64,000 nt of DNA. It comes from Channa argus. Taxonomy: Eukaryota. The position numbers and the translations under genes are program-made. The stretch covers positions 20,319,376-20,383,375 of the forward strand of contig NC_090210.1 of NCBI RefSeq assembly GCF_033026475.1. The letters run 5' to 3'. Positions 21,001-36,000 of this stretch are shown in pieces (position 1 is the first letter of the stretch; every line of letters begins with the position of its first letter). The notes under the pieces were generated by a model that worked only from the letters and a program-made list of their open reading frames with translations, did not search any database and was not told where the DNA came from.

Positions 21001-24000
21001 ACTATTGTTAAAGAAATGTGATCAGTGGTTTGTCACTTACGGGCAAAAAGATGTGTAAAGGGATGTGAACATAGTCTTTACTCTTTAGATAGCAGGATTA
21101 TAGAAAAACAGCCAAATGAATATGGAGGAAAAAGAGGTTGGGTTGGATTCAGTCTCAGAGCACTAGTTCCAGTGCTTCAATTTTAAAATGGAGTGTGGTT
21201 GGGTTTATTGCAGGTATCCTGCTGACCAGGAGACATTCACCCACAGTGGACTGAAGGGTGTGTGGGACAGGGAACGAGCCGGACAGAGAATGAAGGTCAA
21301 GGAGCCAGAGACATGGTATCGACTGCTTAGTCTGGAGGGCAACAAGGCTGCCACCTGGGAGAAACTCATAGGTGTGAGGTCCCAAAGTGTTGCCTTTAAT
21401 TTATCCAGTAACATATGACTGAACACCAGTATTTGCCTACGCTGTTTTTCATCAGTTTTTAATATTTAAAAATCAAATTCAGATCACGGGTTCTTGCCAG
21501 AGTAGTATAAGTGCTGTACCACCAAGTCTGAGTGCATGACACTGGAGAGTCAGTCCAACGTTTTGAAGTCAAAATTTCTCAATACTTAATTCCAATACTT
21601 AGGTGAATATAACACTTAAAATTCTTATGCACATCAAGTTCCACACACGTGTTATACAAGCCCAGAAGAGCATGCGTGCATTATAAACTTCAAATATACA
21701 TATACTCAAAGGCAAACGATTTCCATGATGATTTAATGCCTCTAATGTGCAGACAGAGAGTCTCTTCCATTCATGGTCATGCTGAGGAATCTGAGGAACA
21801 TGATCACTAAAGGAGTCAGTGAGGCTCATCACAAGAAGGTCCTCGGCAGACTGACCAATGAGGTGAGTTTCCTTATTTATTAAATTATTACTTAAAAATG
21901 ACAAACAGAAGAAGAGATGGCAGACAGAAGAAAATACACTGTTCAAATATGTCATATTTTGTGCCATTAAAAAACAAAGTCATATTTGTATTTTGTAGTC
22001 TCTTACAGCAGAATTTATTAAGTTCTCCGTGACGGCCTGGTTGTTGTGTTCTTACAGAAAGAAGTTATTCAGAGTCGACAGCTTCCCTTCAGATTCCTCG
22101 CTGCCTACAAAGTCATCATGGAGCTTCAAGATGCATGTACAGTACTGTGCAAAAGCTTAATTCATTATTACATACGTGATTATGTTTTATCAATCATTCT
22201 CAGTTTTTAAGATTTCAGGGTAGATTGTTCTAAGCATTTGGAGGAATTTGTGGCTGTCTCAGTGTTTTCTGTGTCTTCATATAATGCCTGACGGTCTTTA
22301 AGATGTTGAGATGGGGACCATACCATTTTGCTGCCATTGAATATCGTTGGGTATAGCTCTGGGTTTGGGGTTGTTTTCATGCTGCAGAACAAGTTTTTGA
22401 TTAATCAGGTTCATCACAAACTACTGTATGTATAATCACTACAGTACATAACACCAATATGCATAAAGTGGCACTAAAAACACTACCTGGAATTTGTATT
22501 AATAAACTTCAGCTTGGTAGCCAGTTTTTCAGCAGGGATAAGAGTGTTTCATGCAAACCTTGAACGAAGTGAACATTTTAGAAATGGGGCAACTGGGACC
22601 CTGCAGTGAAGTCCAGCATTCTCTATGGCCAATAACAGATGAGTATAAAGCTCTGGGGTGAAAGCAGGCCCTTCAAAATCTGAGAACATGGTACCTTAAT
22701 GAAAATTGATGGAATGCTTCCCTCAGATTGGCAGTGAGTTACTGCCCTAAGTAAAGAAGTATCATGTGGCTCCTGTTCAAAAGTGAGAGTAGATTGGAGT
22801 GTGACTTGACAGGTGGATTGGTGCAAATGCAGCTGCCATCCACTATCAGTGAAAAGCCAGCTTTGCTACCCTGTAGCCCTCACAGAGCCAATCTGGATCA
22901 CTGGAAACCAAAGGGTGTAATGACAGTTGATGAGCTGATTGTCATGTCTTTAAACACATTATGCAACATCAAGTACCAGGACAGAAAAAAAAAACTAATT
23001 GTAAAAACAAATCTGTGTGTTTGTGTCTCTACACTACCTCACCCAATACTACAATGTCTTCAGGGCCCAGCTGCCACCAAAACCTGTACCCGTATACGTG
23101 AATGCATTCTTATAGTAAACAGGGGGCTTTCAGTTTACTCGTCATTCTTTGTGGTAAACCTTAACACTAGCCATGGGCTTTGGCTAATACACCTTTCCTT
23201 AAATTAGCAAATATTCTAATAGTTTTTAGACAGATATCATAAGATCATGTCAAAGTATGTCAGGTAATTGACTTTTAATTTTTTGTCAGTGTACAACAGA
23301 ACACATACTGTATAGCACCTCCTTTTTTTCTTGTCTCTTAGTGTCTGCAACAAAGCAGGAAATCCCGTCTGTTAAAGAGCTTCTGAAGGGCATTCTGAAG
23401 AAGGTTCCTAAGGGCCGACGCTTTCGTCGTGTGCAATGGGAGACGACCAAAAGGAGGAGGGTGAGGGTGACCCTTGGAGTGCCGTTTATCTATCGAGCGT
23501 ACCAAATGAAGAAGGCAAAGCTCCAAAAGGCCAGGTAAGAGTGTATTTATACAGTGTGTTTCAAAGAAAATCTTTCTGGCGCAGTGCTGTTATGTTATGA
23601 GCAGCACAGCAGTTGTGCAGTGATGTATAGGTAGAAAAGAAGCGATCAAATTGTGTGTAACCGTTTCTGTGTCCGTACAACCAGTAAACGGCCGTACACA
23701 GATGATCTACTGGACCATTACCGTAAAGCTCTGGAGACAGCGGTTCAGATCTCCTCTCGGCACAACGTGCCCCGACTGCCTGGAAGCACCGTTATCATGT
23801 TCTATGCTCCAATGAGGACCAAGTGCACAAAATCAGACTTTTGCCTCCCACCAGACCCTGAAGAAGATAACAAGAAGGATGAGGAAGAAGAAAAGGATGA
23901 GGAGAGCAGAAAGAATAAAAGGGAAAAGCTTATTCCTTATGTAAGGGCCTGTGTTTTTCTGATTAGCATTAACACAAGGAAGGCGGAATCAGGTCCAAAA

Positions 24001-27000
24001 ACAATCAACCAAGCTTATTTATGGAGCCATTTTTATATTTTCTCAGATGACAGAAGTGGCCGTTTTGCTTTCCCTGATGATTGCCAGTCGAGCTGAGGAT
24101 TGTCAGCTCTGTGTAAATCGTTGGCATGATGTTGAAGAAATCAAGCCGAAGTCTGACAACCTTTTGGAAAATGTCAGATGTGTTGTGAAAGACATTATGG
24201 TGAGTTTTTTTAAACAGCATTTTTTTGTCTTCTAACACAAAGTGCGTTTAATTCTTTTTTTGTTAGTTGATGCATTTGTATTCAGCCCCACTTTACTCTG
24301 AAACCCCTAACTCAAACTCAGTGGAACGAATTGCTTTCAGAAGTCACCTAATTAGTAAACCGAGTCCACCTGTGTGTAATTTAATCTCAGTATAAATACA
24401 GCTGTTCTGTGAAGCCGTCAGAGGTTTGTTAGAGAACATCAGTGAACAAACAGCATGAAATCCAAGGAAAACAGCAGACAGGTCAGAAATAAAGTTGTGG
24501 GAAAGTTTAAAGCAGGATTAGGTTATAAAAAAATATCCCAAGCGTTGAACATCTCATGGAGCACGGTACAATCTTTCATCTGAAAAAGGAAAGAGTGCGG
24601 CACAACTGCAAACCTACAAAGACATGGTCGTCCACTTAAACCGACACGCTTGGGGACGGACAGCTTTAATCAGAGAAGCAGCAAAGAGGCCCATGGTAAC
24701 TCTGAAGGAGAGTTTGTTCACAGGACAACTATTAGTTGTGCACTCCACAAATCTGGCCTTTATGGAAGAGTGGCAAGAGCAAAGCCCTTGTAGTAAGAAA
24801 GTCAGAAGAAGACCCCATAAGCCATGTGGGGGACACAACAATCATGTAGAAGAAGGTGCTCTGGTGAGATGAAGCCAAAATTAAACTTTTTGTCCTAAAT
24901 ACAAAACGTTGTGTGGCTGAAACCTAACACTGCACGTCACCCTGAACATACACTATCCCCATGGTGGAGCCAAATACAGGACAATCTTAGAAAAAAGCTT
25001 GTTTTAGACTGGGGAGGAGATTCACCTTCCAGCAGGAGAACAACCATAAACTTGCAGCCAGAGCTACAATAGAATGGTTTAGATCAAAGCATACTCATGT
25101 GTTAGAATGGCCCAGTCAAAGTCCAGACCTAAATACAATTTAGAATCTGTGGCAAGACTTAAAAATTGCTGTTCACAGACACTGTCCATCCAGTCTGACT
25201 GAGCTGGAGCTATTTTGCAAAGAAGAATGGGCAAAAACTTCACTCTCTAGATGTACAAAGCTGATAGAGACATACCCCAAAAAGACTTGCTGTAATTGAA
25301 GCAAAATGTGGTTCTACAAAGTATTGACTCAGGGGGGCTGAATACAAATGCACACCACACTATTCAGATATTTATTTGTAAAAAGAATTAAAAAACATTT
25401 CTCATTTTCCTTTCAATTCACAATTACGCACCACTTTGTGTTGGTCTATCATGTAAATCCTAATAAAATAAATTTCCATTTGTGGTTGTAACGTGACAGA
25501 ATGTGGAAAATCTCACGGGGTGTGAATACTTTTGAGAGGCACTGTAACTACACTGCACAGTGACAATGTGCTAAGGAGGGACACAACAATATTATAACTT
25601 AAAAATCAGATGAGATTTCTATTCTGTTGCTCACTGAATTTATATTAATGAATGTTTCTCTTTAACAGGCATATTCAAAGACATCAGATGAATATGATCA
25701 CACCAAATCCTTGTTCAGAATATTGACCAGGAAAAACAAGGTTTGTTTATGTGTATAGTTTTTACACCGTTTTCTTCCTTAAGATTCAAGATTCAAAAAA
25801 TTTTATTGGTACCATAGGGAAATTGTGTTGCCCTGTTACAGCTGCTCTTCACGTGAAAAGTAGAAAACAAAGGAAAAAACTTCTACCAAACCAGGACAAT
25901 AAACAAGTACAAATACAAACTACTGTTAAATTAAGTAAGAAAAAAACCCATCTAGAAGAGTAAATGTAAATTAAATAAAAACAAATTCTATTTGTCCATC
26001 TGGTCCCCCTTTTTACAGAAGGGGAATGAGTTGAACAGTTTAATGGCCACTGGGAGAAAGCATCTCCTGTGTTGTTCTGTGAAGCACTTGACTGTGATCA
26101 GTCTCTGGCTGAAGTCTCAGGTCTGCAGTCGCTGGGGACACTGGGGCGGGCCACTTTCGGTACTGGCACCTGGCGTGATGTTTTCCATCCCACAGGCACC
26201 CTCTCCAGCTGCAGGCTCAGTTTGAAGGTGTGCTTAAGGATCCCACATAGCTGTAGGGCACAGACTTTCAGTAGTCTGGGGCTGACTCTATCAGGACCTG
26301 CAGCGTTTGTGGTGCGAAGCCTGCATAGCTCTCTCTGAGCTCTATTTTATTTTTTACCATTCAGCTACTCTAGTCCTAATAAAGGGACCAAAAACCAACC
26401 AATCAGTAGAAGCTCGGTATAAGCAATGGGTATATCTAGGTAAATGAAGGCACAAAGAACCTGTATGTAATCACCTGGAAACACTTTTTTTTTCTGTATT
26501 ATAACCGTGACTGAGAACTGTATAAATTAAAACTACAGATGACTACCTAATTTTATCGTAATATCTGTTTACATCACTATTAACGTAACCCTTTTATAAT
26601 GTTATTGCAAAAAAGATTAAACCTATTACTTGTTATTACCAATGTCTTCCCCTACTATTATGTTGCTGTTACCAAGCAATAAATTGCTGCCATAAAATGT
26701 AAGTGGACTTATTATCTGTCTTTGACAGTTTTTGGAAGCAGGTTAACAAATTTTAACTGTATAATGACAGATGTCAGGAAGTTGCTTTTTCTTTTTCAAG
26801 AACTTTTTTTTTATTCGTGGTTTCTTTTTTTTTGATTGTTGATCTTTTGGATCTTAGGTAGACAACATCATTGTGATCACTGAAGGATTCATAGTTCGAG
26901 ACGTAAAGTGGGCCATCGACAGCTATGTGAGAGAAGTTAACAACAAAGCCCTTGTAATGCAGCTTTTCTTGGCAGATTCCTGGTAATGTTTTAATTGTAT

Positions 27001-30000
27001 TTGTTATTATGAATAGCAGACAGTATTGAGAAACTTGATAGAAGAAAGTTGATAATGTGATGGTGACATTTTACTCCATTGTAAATCTATTTTAAAATTG
27101 TAAAATTATCAAGTTTTCAATCGATCTACATACTACAACTCATAACAATGTAAAATATATTTTTTAAATTACAAACGAACTTAAAAATTAAAACTGAAAC
27201 CTCTCATTTACATTAGTATTCAGACCCTTAATTCAATACTTTGTAGAACCCATTCAACCTTTAGATTATTTTGGGTAGGTCTCTACAGGCATTTCAAACC
27301 TGGACTTTGGCAGTTTATCCCATTCTTCCTGATTGATTCTCTCTTCAGTCACATAAGAAGTGCCATTCCTAGACATTCTATGGGGTTTAAGTCTGGGATT
27401 TGGTTGGGTCACTTAATAACAGTCAGAGACACATCATCTCCATGTTGTCATTGCTGTTTGCTTTGTATAATTGTTGTGCTCAAAGATTAACCATAACCCC
27501 AGTTTCAGGTCTCATTGACTCTGAAGCAGGGTTTTCTCTGTATTTGGTACAGTCATTTGGTACAGTCATTCTCTAAATTCTGACCAGTCTCCCTGTCCCT
27601 GCTTATTACAAGCCCACCCATAGCATGATACTGCCAGCACTATGCTTCACCGTAGGGATGGTATTAGCGGGTGATTTCCATTGTTTAATGCTGTTTAGCA
27701 AAGATGAAGCTTCAATTAATCCCCTCTACCATAAGGACATGTTAGGTAAGATGTGACTGAGATGTTCATCCTTTGGCCAGATTATCCCATCTCTGCAGAG
27801 AACTTCTGAAGTTCTGTAAGAGTTCCTGGTAAGCTCCCTGACCAAGGTCTTTCTTGTCCGGTCAACACTAGGAAGGGTCCTGCGGGTTTTAGACCTCTTT
27901 GATTTCACAATCGCTGTGCTCCTGGGGACACTCTGAGCTTTAGAAATGATTTTCTACCCTCGTCTTTATCTCTGCCTCACCAGAAAATGTTATTTTGGGG
28001 GTCTACACTGAGTTCCTTGGTCTTTGCGGCTTGTTTTTTTTTTTGGTTAAATGTAGTGTGAATTATAGGATCCTATATACACAGGTTTATCCCTTTTTAA
28101 GCTATGTCCAATGCTTTCAGGTGGCCACAGGTGGACTCCGGTCTAGTTTTAGCCTAATATCAAGAAAAAAGTAATGTAAACAAAATGCATCTCACCACAA
28201 TTTAGACTGCAGCAGCAAAGGGTCTGAATACTTTTATGAGTGAAGGATTTAAAGCATTTGTCTTTGTTTAATTGATTAGGGTTTTTTTTTTAAATTGGTG
28301 CCTTTATCTTTATATTTTATAGTTTGTAATTTTGATGCTGAAAGTGAAAGGATCTGAATTTTTTTTTATATAAACCTTCCGCCTGTACTCTTGTGTTGAC
28401 TTGTTATAGTGACCCCAATTACTCCTCTGAAAGAAACTGTGTGATTCTGACAGGCTTCAGTGAACAAATGCTGAGGTAAAATGTCTCATTGCTTATTTTT
28501 ACCAAAAGATGCCTCAAATCATGTGTATAAATGTAGTCTTTATGGCTATAGTAACTTTTTATTTATTGTTATAAGTAATAATTTGGCATTTCATCTACCT
28601 TTTACTGTAAGTCTGTCTTTATGCTAAGCTAACTTGCTGCTGGTTCTAGCCATCATATTTATCTTATGGATGTGAAAGGGGTTATCTCATTTAACTCTAG
28701 GTATAAAAATAATTAGGCCAAAGAATTTTAACTTTCTTAATTATCTGATTAGGGTTGTGGCAGAACGGGCATCTCCCAGGCTGCTGGACCATGTGGAAGT
28801 TTTGGACCGAGTGTACAACATCCCACCACCAGCGTCGGCTAAATGCCCTCAATCAACTAATGATGTTGTCCCAATACCAGCCAGCCTAACATTAAGGTAA
28901 TTTTTACAATAAACCTTTGAAAACATCAATGTTCAAATTCTAATCACAAGTAATCTTTTTAACATTAAATGTTAACAATAAAACTATAGTGAAACTATCA
29001 GTGGCATTTGAAAGTTTGTAGAATTTTATTTTCAGTGTTTCTGCATTAATATAACTTAGAATGGGATCAGATGGTCACAAAGACCTAAAACTAGATATAG
29101 GGAACCTGGTAAACAAAGTTCTATTGAAGGTCATACTTATGCAGAAATGGGGAAAGTTTTGAAGGATTTATTTATTTATATAATTTAGTTGAAGGATAAA
29201 GTCCAGTGTTTTTTGTTGCTTTCAGTTTTTACCTTGTATTAATTTTGACACTAAAAAAACTCCTATTACTTACTTATTCTGCTTCATCAGATTTTCTTCT
29301 CAGTTAGTTGATAGGGAGAACAAAGAAATACTGAAATCTCACATATAATAGATATGCTGATATGTTGATGCCAGATCCCATCAGTCATGATATCACGCTT
29401 TTTTAATTACTTTTAATGGGAAACAATATGACCAAAGCGAATAGAAGAGAATAAAGCCAGTGGGTAAAGTTTCAATTTGGTCACATATACACAAAAATGA
29501 CAGTTACTTCTCTAGTTTGTTTATAGAAAATATTCAGTCTAAAACATTGTTTTTGCCTTTTCCTCACTAACACCAGGTGGCAAACTGTGCGAGTCTTCAT
29601 CTCCTCCACCTTCAGAGACATGCACGCAGAACGTGACATGTTGGTGCGGAGCGTCTTCCCAGAGCTTCGCCGTCGTGCTGCACCTCACTGCATCTACCTG
29701 CAGGAAGTGGAGCTGCACTGGGGTGTGACGGAGGAGGAGCTGGGTGGAGCCACTGAGCTGTGCCTGTCAGAGGTTTGTCGCAGCAACATGATGGTAGGAA
29801 TCCTGGGGGAGAGGTATGGCCTGGTGCCCCCCAGACCTGTTCTCCCTGACCTGCCACATCACAGCTGGGTATGAGTATAAAATTAAAATACTGTTGATTA
29901 GTTGTTTGAGTAAATGGTAAAACAATTATTGTGAAAAAAGTAGAAAGTGGTTTTCTTAAGAAATTTTCTTAAGATTATTTAAAGCTACAGTATGTACTTT

Positions 30001-33000
30001 TTAAAAAAATTATTTTTGTATAAATATGCTCCACAACTTACAGTATCATAATGTCGAAGCTTCCTATAACCCAGATTCAGAAAACAGTACCTGCCGCAGT
30101 TCAGGAATCTTTGCTTCTGAATGTTTTTATCAGTGAGGGAATTTCAATGATTTCTGCTTAATTCTGAGTTTTTATAGAAATCTTGTTTATTTTCATGTTG
30201 TTTTCATGCCACTAGTAACTAAAGTTACATGTTGTAGCTTTAAATGTAGATAGTTTGAACTGGTGAAGTAACTATTAAGTTCAAATCAAACTTATAATAA
30301 TACTTCAGGTTCAATAGAATGGTCTGTTTTTAAAGGTGTTAAAAAAATCATAATAGTAGTTTTCTTCTTTGTGTGTAGCTGGCGTCGGCTCCACCGGGTC
30401 TGTCGATCTCAGAGATGGAGATCCGTCAGTTTGAGGCTCTCTATCCTGACACAGCACACCAACGCATGTTCTGCTACTTCAGAGATCCAAACGTCAGCAA
30501 GTATGTTGTCCAGGGCTGTATTCACTCATCACAATTTCTATGGTGTCTACTCTTTAGAGTATGCATTTTGTTTGAAATTTATTTAAGTGTTTCATGTTTA
30601 AATTAAATTTTTCACTGTTTTTTTCTCAGATCAGTTCCAGCGTCATGGAAATCAGACTTTGTTGCTGAATCGCAGGAGGCTGAGTCAAAAATGGCCTCTC
30701 TGAAAAGCAGGATCCGGGCCAGCGATGTTAAACTCACTGAGATGTGAGTTACAGTAGTAGCAGTAAAGCTGTAGTGTCAAAACATTATTCACGAATTACA
30801 GCTAAATCCAGACACTTACAGATGTATTTAAAAATTGGATGTTGATTCAATATATAGGAATCTGAAACCCCAAAAAATTAAAACACTTTTCCTGTTAATA
30901 TAAATGTCTGTTTGTTTGTTTGTTTGTTTGTTTTTTTTAGCTACCCGTGTGAGTGGGGAGGTGTTGTGGATGGGAAGCCATATCTGATAAACCTGGAGGT
31001 CTTTGCTAAGGCTGTGCTGGAAGATCTTTGGACGGCTGTTGTGAACCAGTTTGTGGAAGTTAGTTTCTTTTATGGTTGTTAATTTCATTTCCACCTCCAA
31101 TTATCAAATTTCAATTCAGTAAATGTCAGTATTTTATGTCTGTTCCGTTAGTTTTGGCTAGATTACAGTCACCTCATTTATTATTCTCCATCTGGCAGGT
31201 TGATGATAAGGCTAAGGCTGTAGCAGAGGTCACTGAGCAGGAGGTTCACCAGGGGACGCTGCAGAGACAGTTCTTTGGCCGGACAAAGCTGCTTTCTGGA
31301 GCTGTGGAGATAGTACAGCAGCTCCAGACCGAAGGAGGGATGATGGTGGTGGAGGGAGGACCTGGAGAGGGCAAAACGGTTTTCATGGTAAATGATCCAT
31401 TTAAAATGCATGAGCCTTAGAAATTCTACATGCAGAGGATTCATACAGATGGGTGGGTGTTGTGATCATAGTCAGCAATTCTGTGGGTGCTTGGGACCTT
31501 TGGCGCCATTGAGAAATGGTGAGCACTTACGAGGAATCAGTTGTTTTGATCTCACATGACGTATGTGCTTATAACAACCAGGTGCAAATGACAAATGAAT
31601 GCAATAACATAACCACACATACCTTTACACAGAACCCTACAGGAGACTCATTGGTTGAAAGCAGCATTTTACCTGTGAGAGATTTTGGATTTCAGTTGTT
31701 CATTAATTCTCTGTGTCCTGACCTTATCTCAGTCTGTCTTGACATTTTATCAGTGGCTCACGTTTTACTCTTGAAATGACTTACAGTGCAAATGCCGCTG
31801 TAGGACATTGCCATAGAGATGTGATACAATAGGACAAGAAAACAAGCATCTGATGATATAACCTAAACAGCCTGAACTCATTATTTATGTGACTACTACC
31901 CTCCAATTATGCTAAGAAGAAGATAAATCCGCCCCTGTCATTGCGATTATGTCTTTTGAACAAAGTGTATTGTGTTTCAATTTGCGTGGTTTCCATACAC
32001 GTCAGGCTTCCTTGGTGTAGTGGAGCCTTTCCTCCTCTTGCAGTAAGGTACATAACATGGTTGACTTTGAAACACGAAAGTTACCCAGCTTTTAGTTCAT
32101 ACTAACGTCCAGCTTCAGACTTTTAAAACGGTGATACAACACAAAAATAATGGGTGACTAAAAATGTAACTCATAATAATACTGAAATTTATCTCTATTC
32201 ACACAGGCTGCTTTGGCAGATGCCCTCAGAACTGGAGACAAGTCAAATGAAAGCCTGGTCTGTGATGTCATCTCATACTCTACGGCTGCCAGCCAGTCAG
32301 CTCGCTCCGTGGAAAACTTTCTTCGCTGCGTTGTTCAGTGGTTCACGAAGATGAAAGATACTGAACAAGAATCCTCACTTCCCCTCTCTTACAAGTGATT
32401 AGATTTTCAGATTAACGTCCGAGTAGTTCAGATTTATTCATATGTAACTGTCTGTGCACTAACAACACATTTGTTTTGTTATCTCAGATACTTACTGTCA
32501 GAATTTCAATCCAGATTGAATGACACGAAAGACAAACCTCTGGTTCTGGTAGTTGACGGAGGGGATCTTGTTCGAGATTGTCAAGGTCAGCCCAGCTCTG
32601 ACTGGATACCACAGGAGCTTCCACAGGTCAGTCCCATAGAAACAAGACTGAGATCACTGGACTTCCTTGAACTGTTTACACAGACTGACAAAATTCTGGT
32701 CTGTCCATCTAATTTTAAGAAGTTATTTTATAACCTGATAGTCAGCAGGTGTCTGGAGGCCAGATTGAGGTGGTTTGGACATGTTCAGAGGAGAGACTGT
32801 GAAAATATCGCTAGGAAGATGCTGCCAGAATGCTGCCAGGCAGCAGGTCTAGAGGAAGACCAAATAGGATATTTCTGGATGTAGTGAGAGAGGACATGAA
32901 GTTAGTTGGTGTGAGAGAAGAGGATGCAGAGGACAGGGTTAGATGGAGGTATATGATTCGCTGTGGTGACCCCTGAAAGGGAATAGCCGTAAGGAAAAGA

Positions 33001-36000
33001 AGAAGAAGAAGAAGTCAGCAGGTGTTCGACACGTCTACAGTGTCAGAAATACACATTCTGATATTTCAAAGTTCATTTTCACAGTTATTAAGATCACTGT
33101 GCTCCTGGAAAAAGTTTAGGAGCCCTCTTTTTTTTGATTATCTGTTAACCCTAGTGAAGTCCCAGAAGATCAGTAGTTTCTGAAATATCCGTACCTGTCT
33201 GGCATCAACAACCACGGCACCTTCATAGTAATTTAAGTTACCTTTCTTCCCTATTCAGATGTTCCATTCAAACTTCATTAGATCATTTTGACCATGTCTA
33301 CATGCCTAAATGTTTTGAGCTGCTGCCTTTTGATTGGCTGATTAGATATTTGCATTATTGAGTAGTTGAACAGGTGTAGCTAATTAAGTGGCTGTGAGTG
33401 TAATGTTGTGTATGTCTCCAGAGAGCTATATTATCTTGATGCCTGATTTTTGTCCTGACGTGATGTGTGACTTTTTACATTACATATACAGGTGTCTGTC
33501 CAGTAAACTCATTTGCCAATTTCTTGGACTCCAGTCAACACAAATCAAGAAAAATTAAAGCAGCACCTGCATCTCTTTATTATGAGTTGTTTATGTATAG
33601 ATTGGTAAGCACAAAAACAAATCCATTAAAATATGCAGTAAAATGTGCAACAAGGGAAATGATCTCAACACCTTCTCAAGCGACTGTATATTGATGGGAT
33701 CAGAATTAGCATACATGCTAAGGTGTATTGTTTTAGACATTTCTCTGCTACAGAAAAAACTCAAATCCTCTTTTTATTTGTTTTTAGGGTGTGTGTTTGG
33801 TTGTGAGCATCACATCTAAAACAGCTCTCTTACAAACCCTGGCCAAGAAGAGAGGAACTGTCGTGTTTACCCTGGGACAGCTTACCGTGCCGGACCGGGA
33901 GGAGATTGTTCAAAAGGAGCTGGACACCTTCACGAAGAAACTAAGTGGCTCTGCATTCAACAACCAGGTTCTTCATATATGTTTTGCACATCATTGCCCT
34001 CTCTTTTTTTTTTTTTTTTTTGCAGCCCCGGTTGTTGAGAAGAGTTGAGATATTTTACTCTGCTGGTGTATAATCCTCTTAACACAGTTTGTTCCAGATT
34101 CTTTGATGTTCACTCAATGTGTGTTTCTTACTTTCTTTACTAAATCGATGCTGTGTTTGTCCAGCTCCAAGCACTGATAATGAAGAACGGAGCAGTCAGT
34201 CCTCTCTACCTGCACCTGGCCTGTGAAAACCTAAAGAACTTTACTTCATTTGACAAGGTCAGAAGTGACTATTTATAGCCACCTTTATAAAAGTATTACT
34301 GGTTGTATTGCCAGCGCTGATTGTGGTGATACTGTTACTCATTGGGTGAAAAGTTATATGAAGGTTTTTCACAACAATGTAACTGCAGGAGTAGCAACAA
34401 AGCTTGGATAAATTTTGAGGTCACTGTTAAAAGCAAGATTCAGCTCTAAGCACCTTGCTAATTTTTCTGATTTTGTTTTTTGTTTTTGTTTTTCAGTTGA
34501 ATGAGACACTTCAGAGTTTGCCTCAGTCTCTGAGCCAGTTGGTGCAGCACAGCCTGGACAGACTCTGCTCACAGTACAAGGACATGCCGGGACTCCGCTG
34601 GGCCCTGGCAGTGCTCACTGTCAGCCCCACTGGTAAGTTTTATCAAATATGAGACACCATGTTATGTTGTAGTAGAGAAAAACAGTAGCTGTATCTAATA
34701 TTTAGAAGCGATATTAAACTTAAAATTGAATTTAAAGTTGAGGGATGGGAGGATGTGGAGAATCATTGGCTGAGGTGAAAACCTTTGTATTGGGATTTCA
34801 ACATCACAAACTCTTAGACAACCAAACACAGATACTGGTTTTGTTTGTCCAATATATATACAGATACTAATGCGGATATTTGTTTTTTTTATCATGGTTT
34901 TCCCTAAAATTATTTTGCACAAAGGTGCTGAACTGACAGTAGCTGCCTCAACATTTTCTCCTCTTGTTCAACAGGCCTGATGGAGAGAGACTTGTACTCT
35001 GTACTGAACACATGCAATGAACTGTCGTTACGAGATGACCAACTGTCATGGCAGGAAGCGCTGCACTTCTCCAGGAAGCCTGAAAGACGTATTCCCATGG
35101 CAACTTTCATCTGTATAGTTCAGAGTTTAAAAAGGTGAATGCCGTTAATTCCAAGTGGTAGGAATGTTAGCAGGAATCCTCATGTTTGGATTTGACTTTG
35201 GTTTCATATTCAAATTTATTCTGATTTGTATTAATCCTTGTCAAAGTATGCCAGAAAGAGTTTTTTGTTTTTGATTTTTACTCCTTTATATTTTGTAGTA
35301 TCCCTTTATTTCTCTTTTCACCCTTTTGTCTTAGCAGTCAATGTTTCATATTCAATTGAAACATTGCCTTTTACCTTCTTATTCTTAGGTTTGCTTCTTT
35401 GTCACGTAAGACAAATCATAGGATTTTATAGTGATTGTGTGTTAGTTTTTAGAGGTTTAATACACATTTTAGCAAAGTCTGTTTTGATGCAGTATTATGA
35501 GAACACACATGAACATTAAACCTGCTTGAACTCTTTTTTGCAGTCTGCTTGGTTCATCTCACTGCCACAACACTGATGACCTGCTGGCTCTAACCAATCC
35601 AGAGGTAAAAAAGGCCTTTGAAGATTTTCTTCTGGCAGCAGAAAGTGACCGAACCAGAGCTCACCTCATACTGGCATGTATGTACACAAGCCTGGTCTGT
35701 TTTATACTAAAGAAAAAGTCAATTCAGTCCTCTCCATATTGTGTTTTTAAAATCCTTTTTAATTGGTTTTTAGAAAGCAGATCTGAGAAATCATGCACAT
35801 TTGATTATAAAACCAAACTAGAAACTGTTTTGCCAAAAGTCTTGTCTAAATGTGTTTATAACTTTAATGCATCCTTTTGCATTTGCCCTAAGTTGTTAAA
35901 TAAATGTCACCTTCTCCATCACATCTGTCCACAGCTCATCTGTGGGCACTGGCCGACCCCCAGGGAAGAGACACTTTCCTTTACTGTGAAGCCAACTCTG

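Noticed and set aside
22764-23207. 147-aa + strand ORF inside a TEP1 intron.
   Set aside because: It has no recognisable domain and lies in a repeat-like intronic segment. It is likely a chance ORF or a decayed TE.
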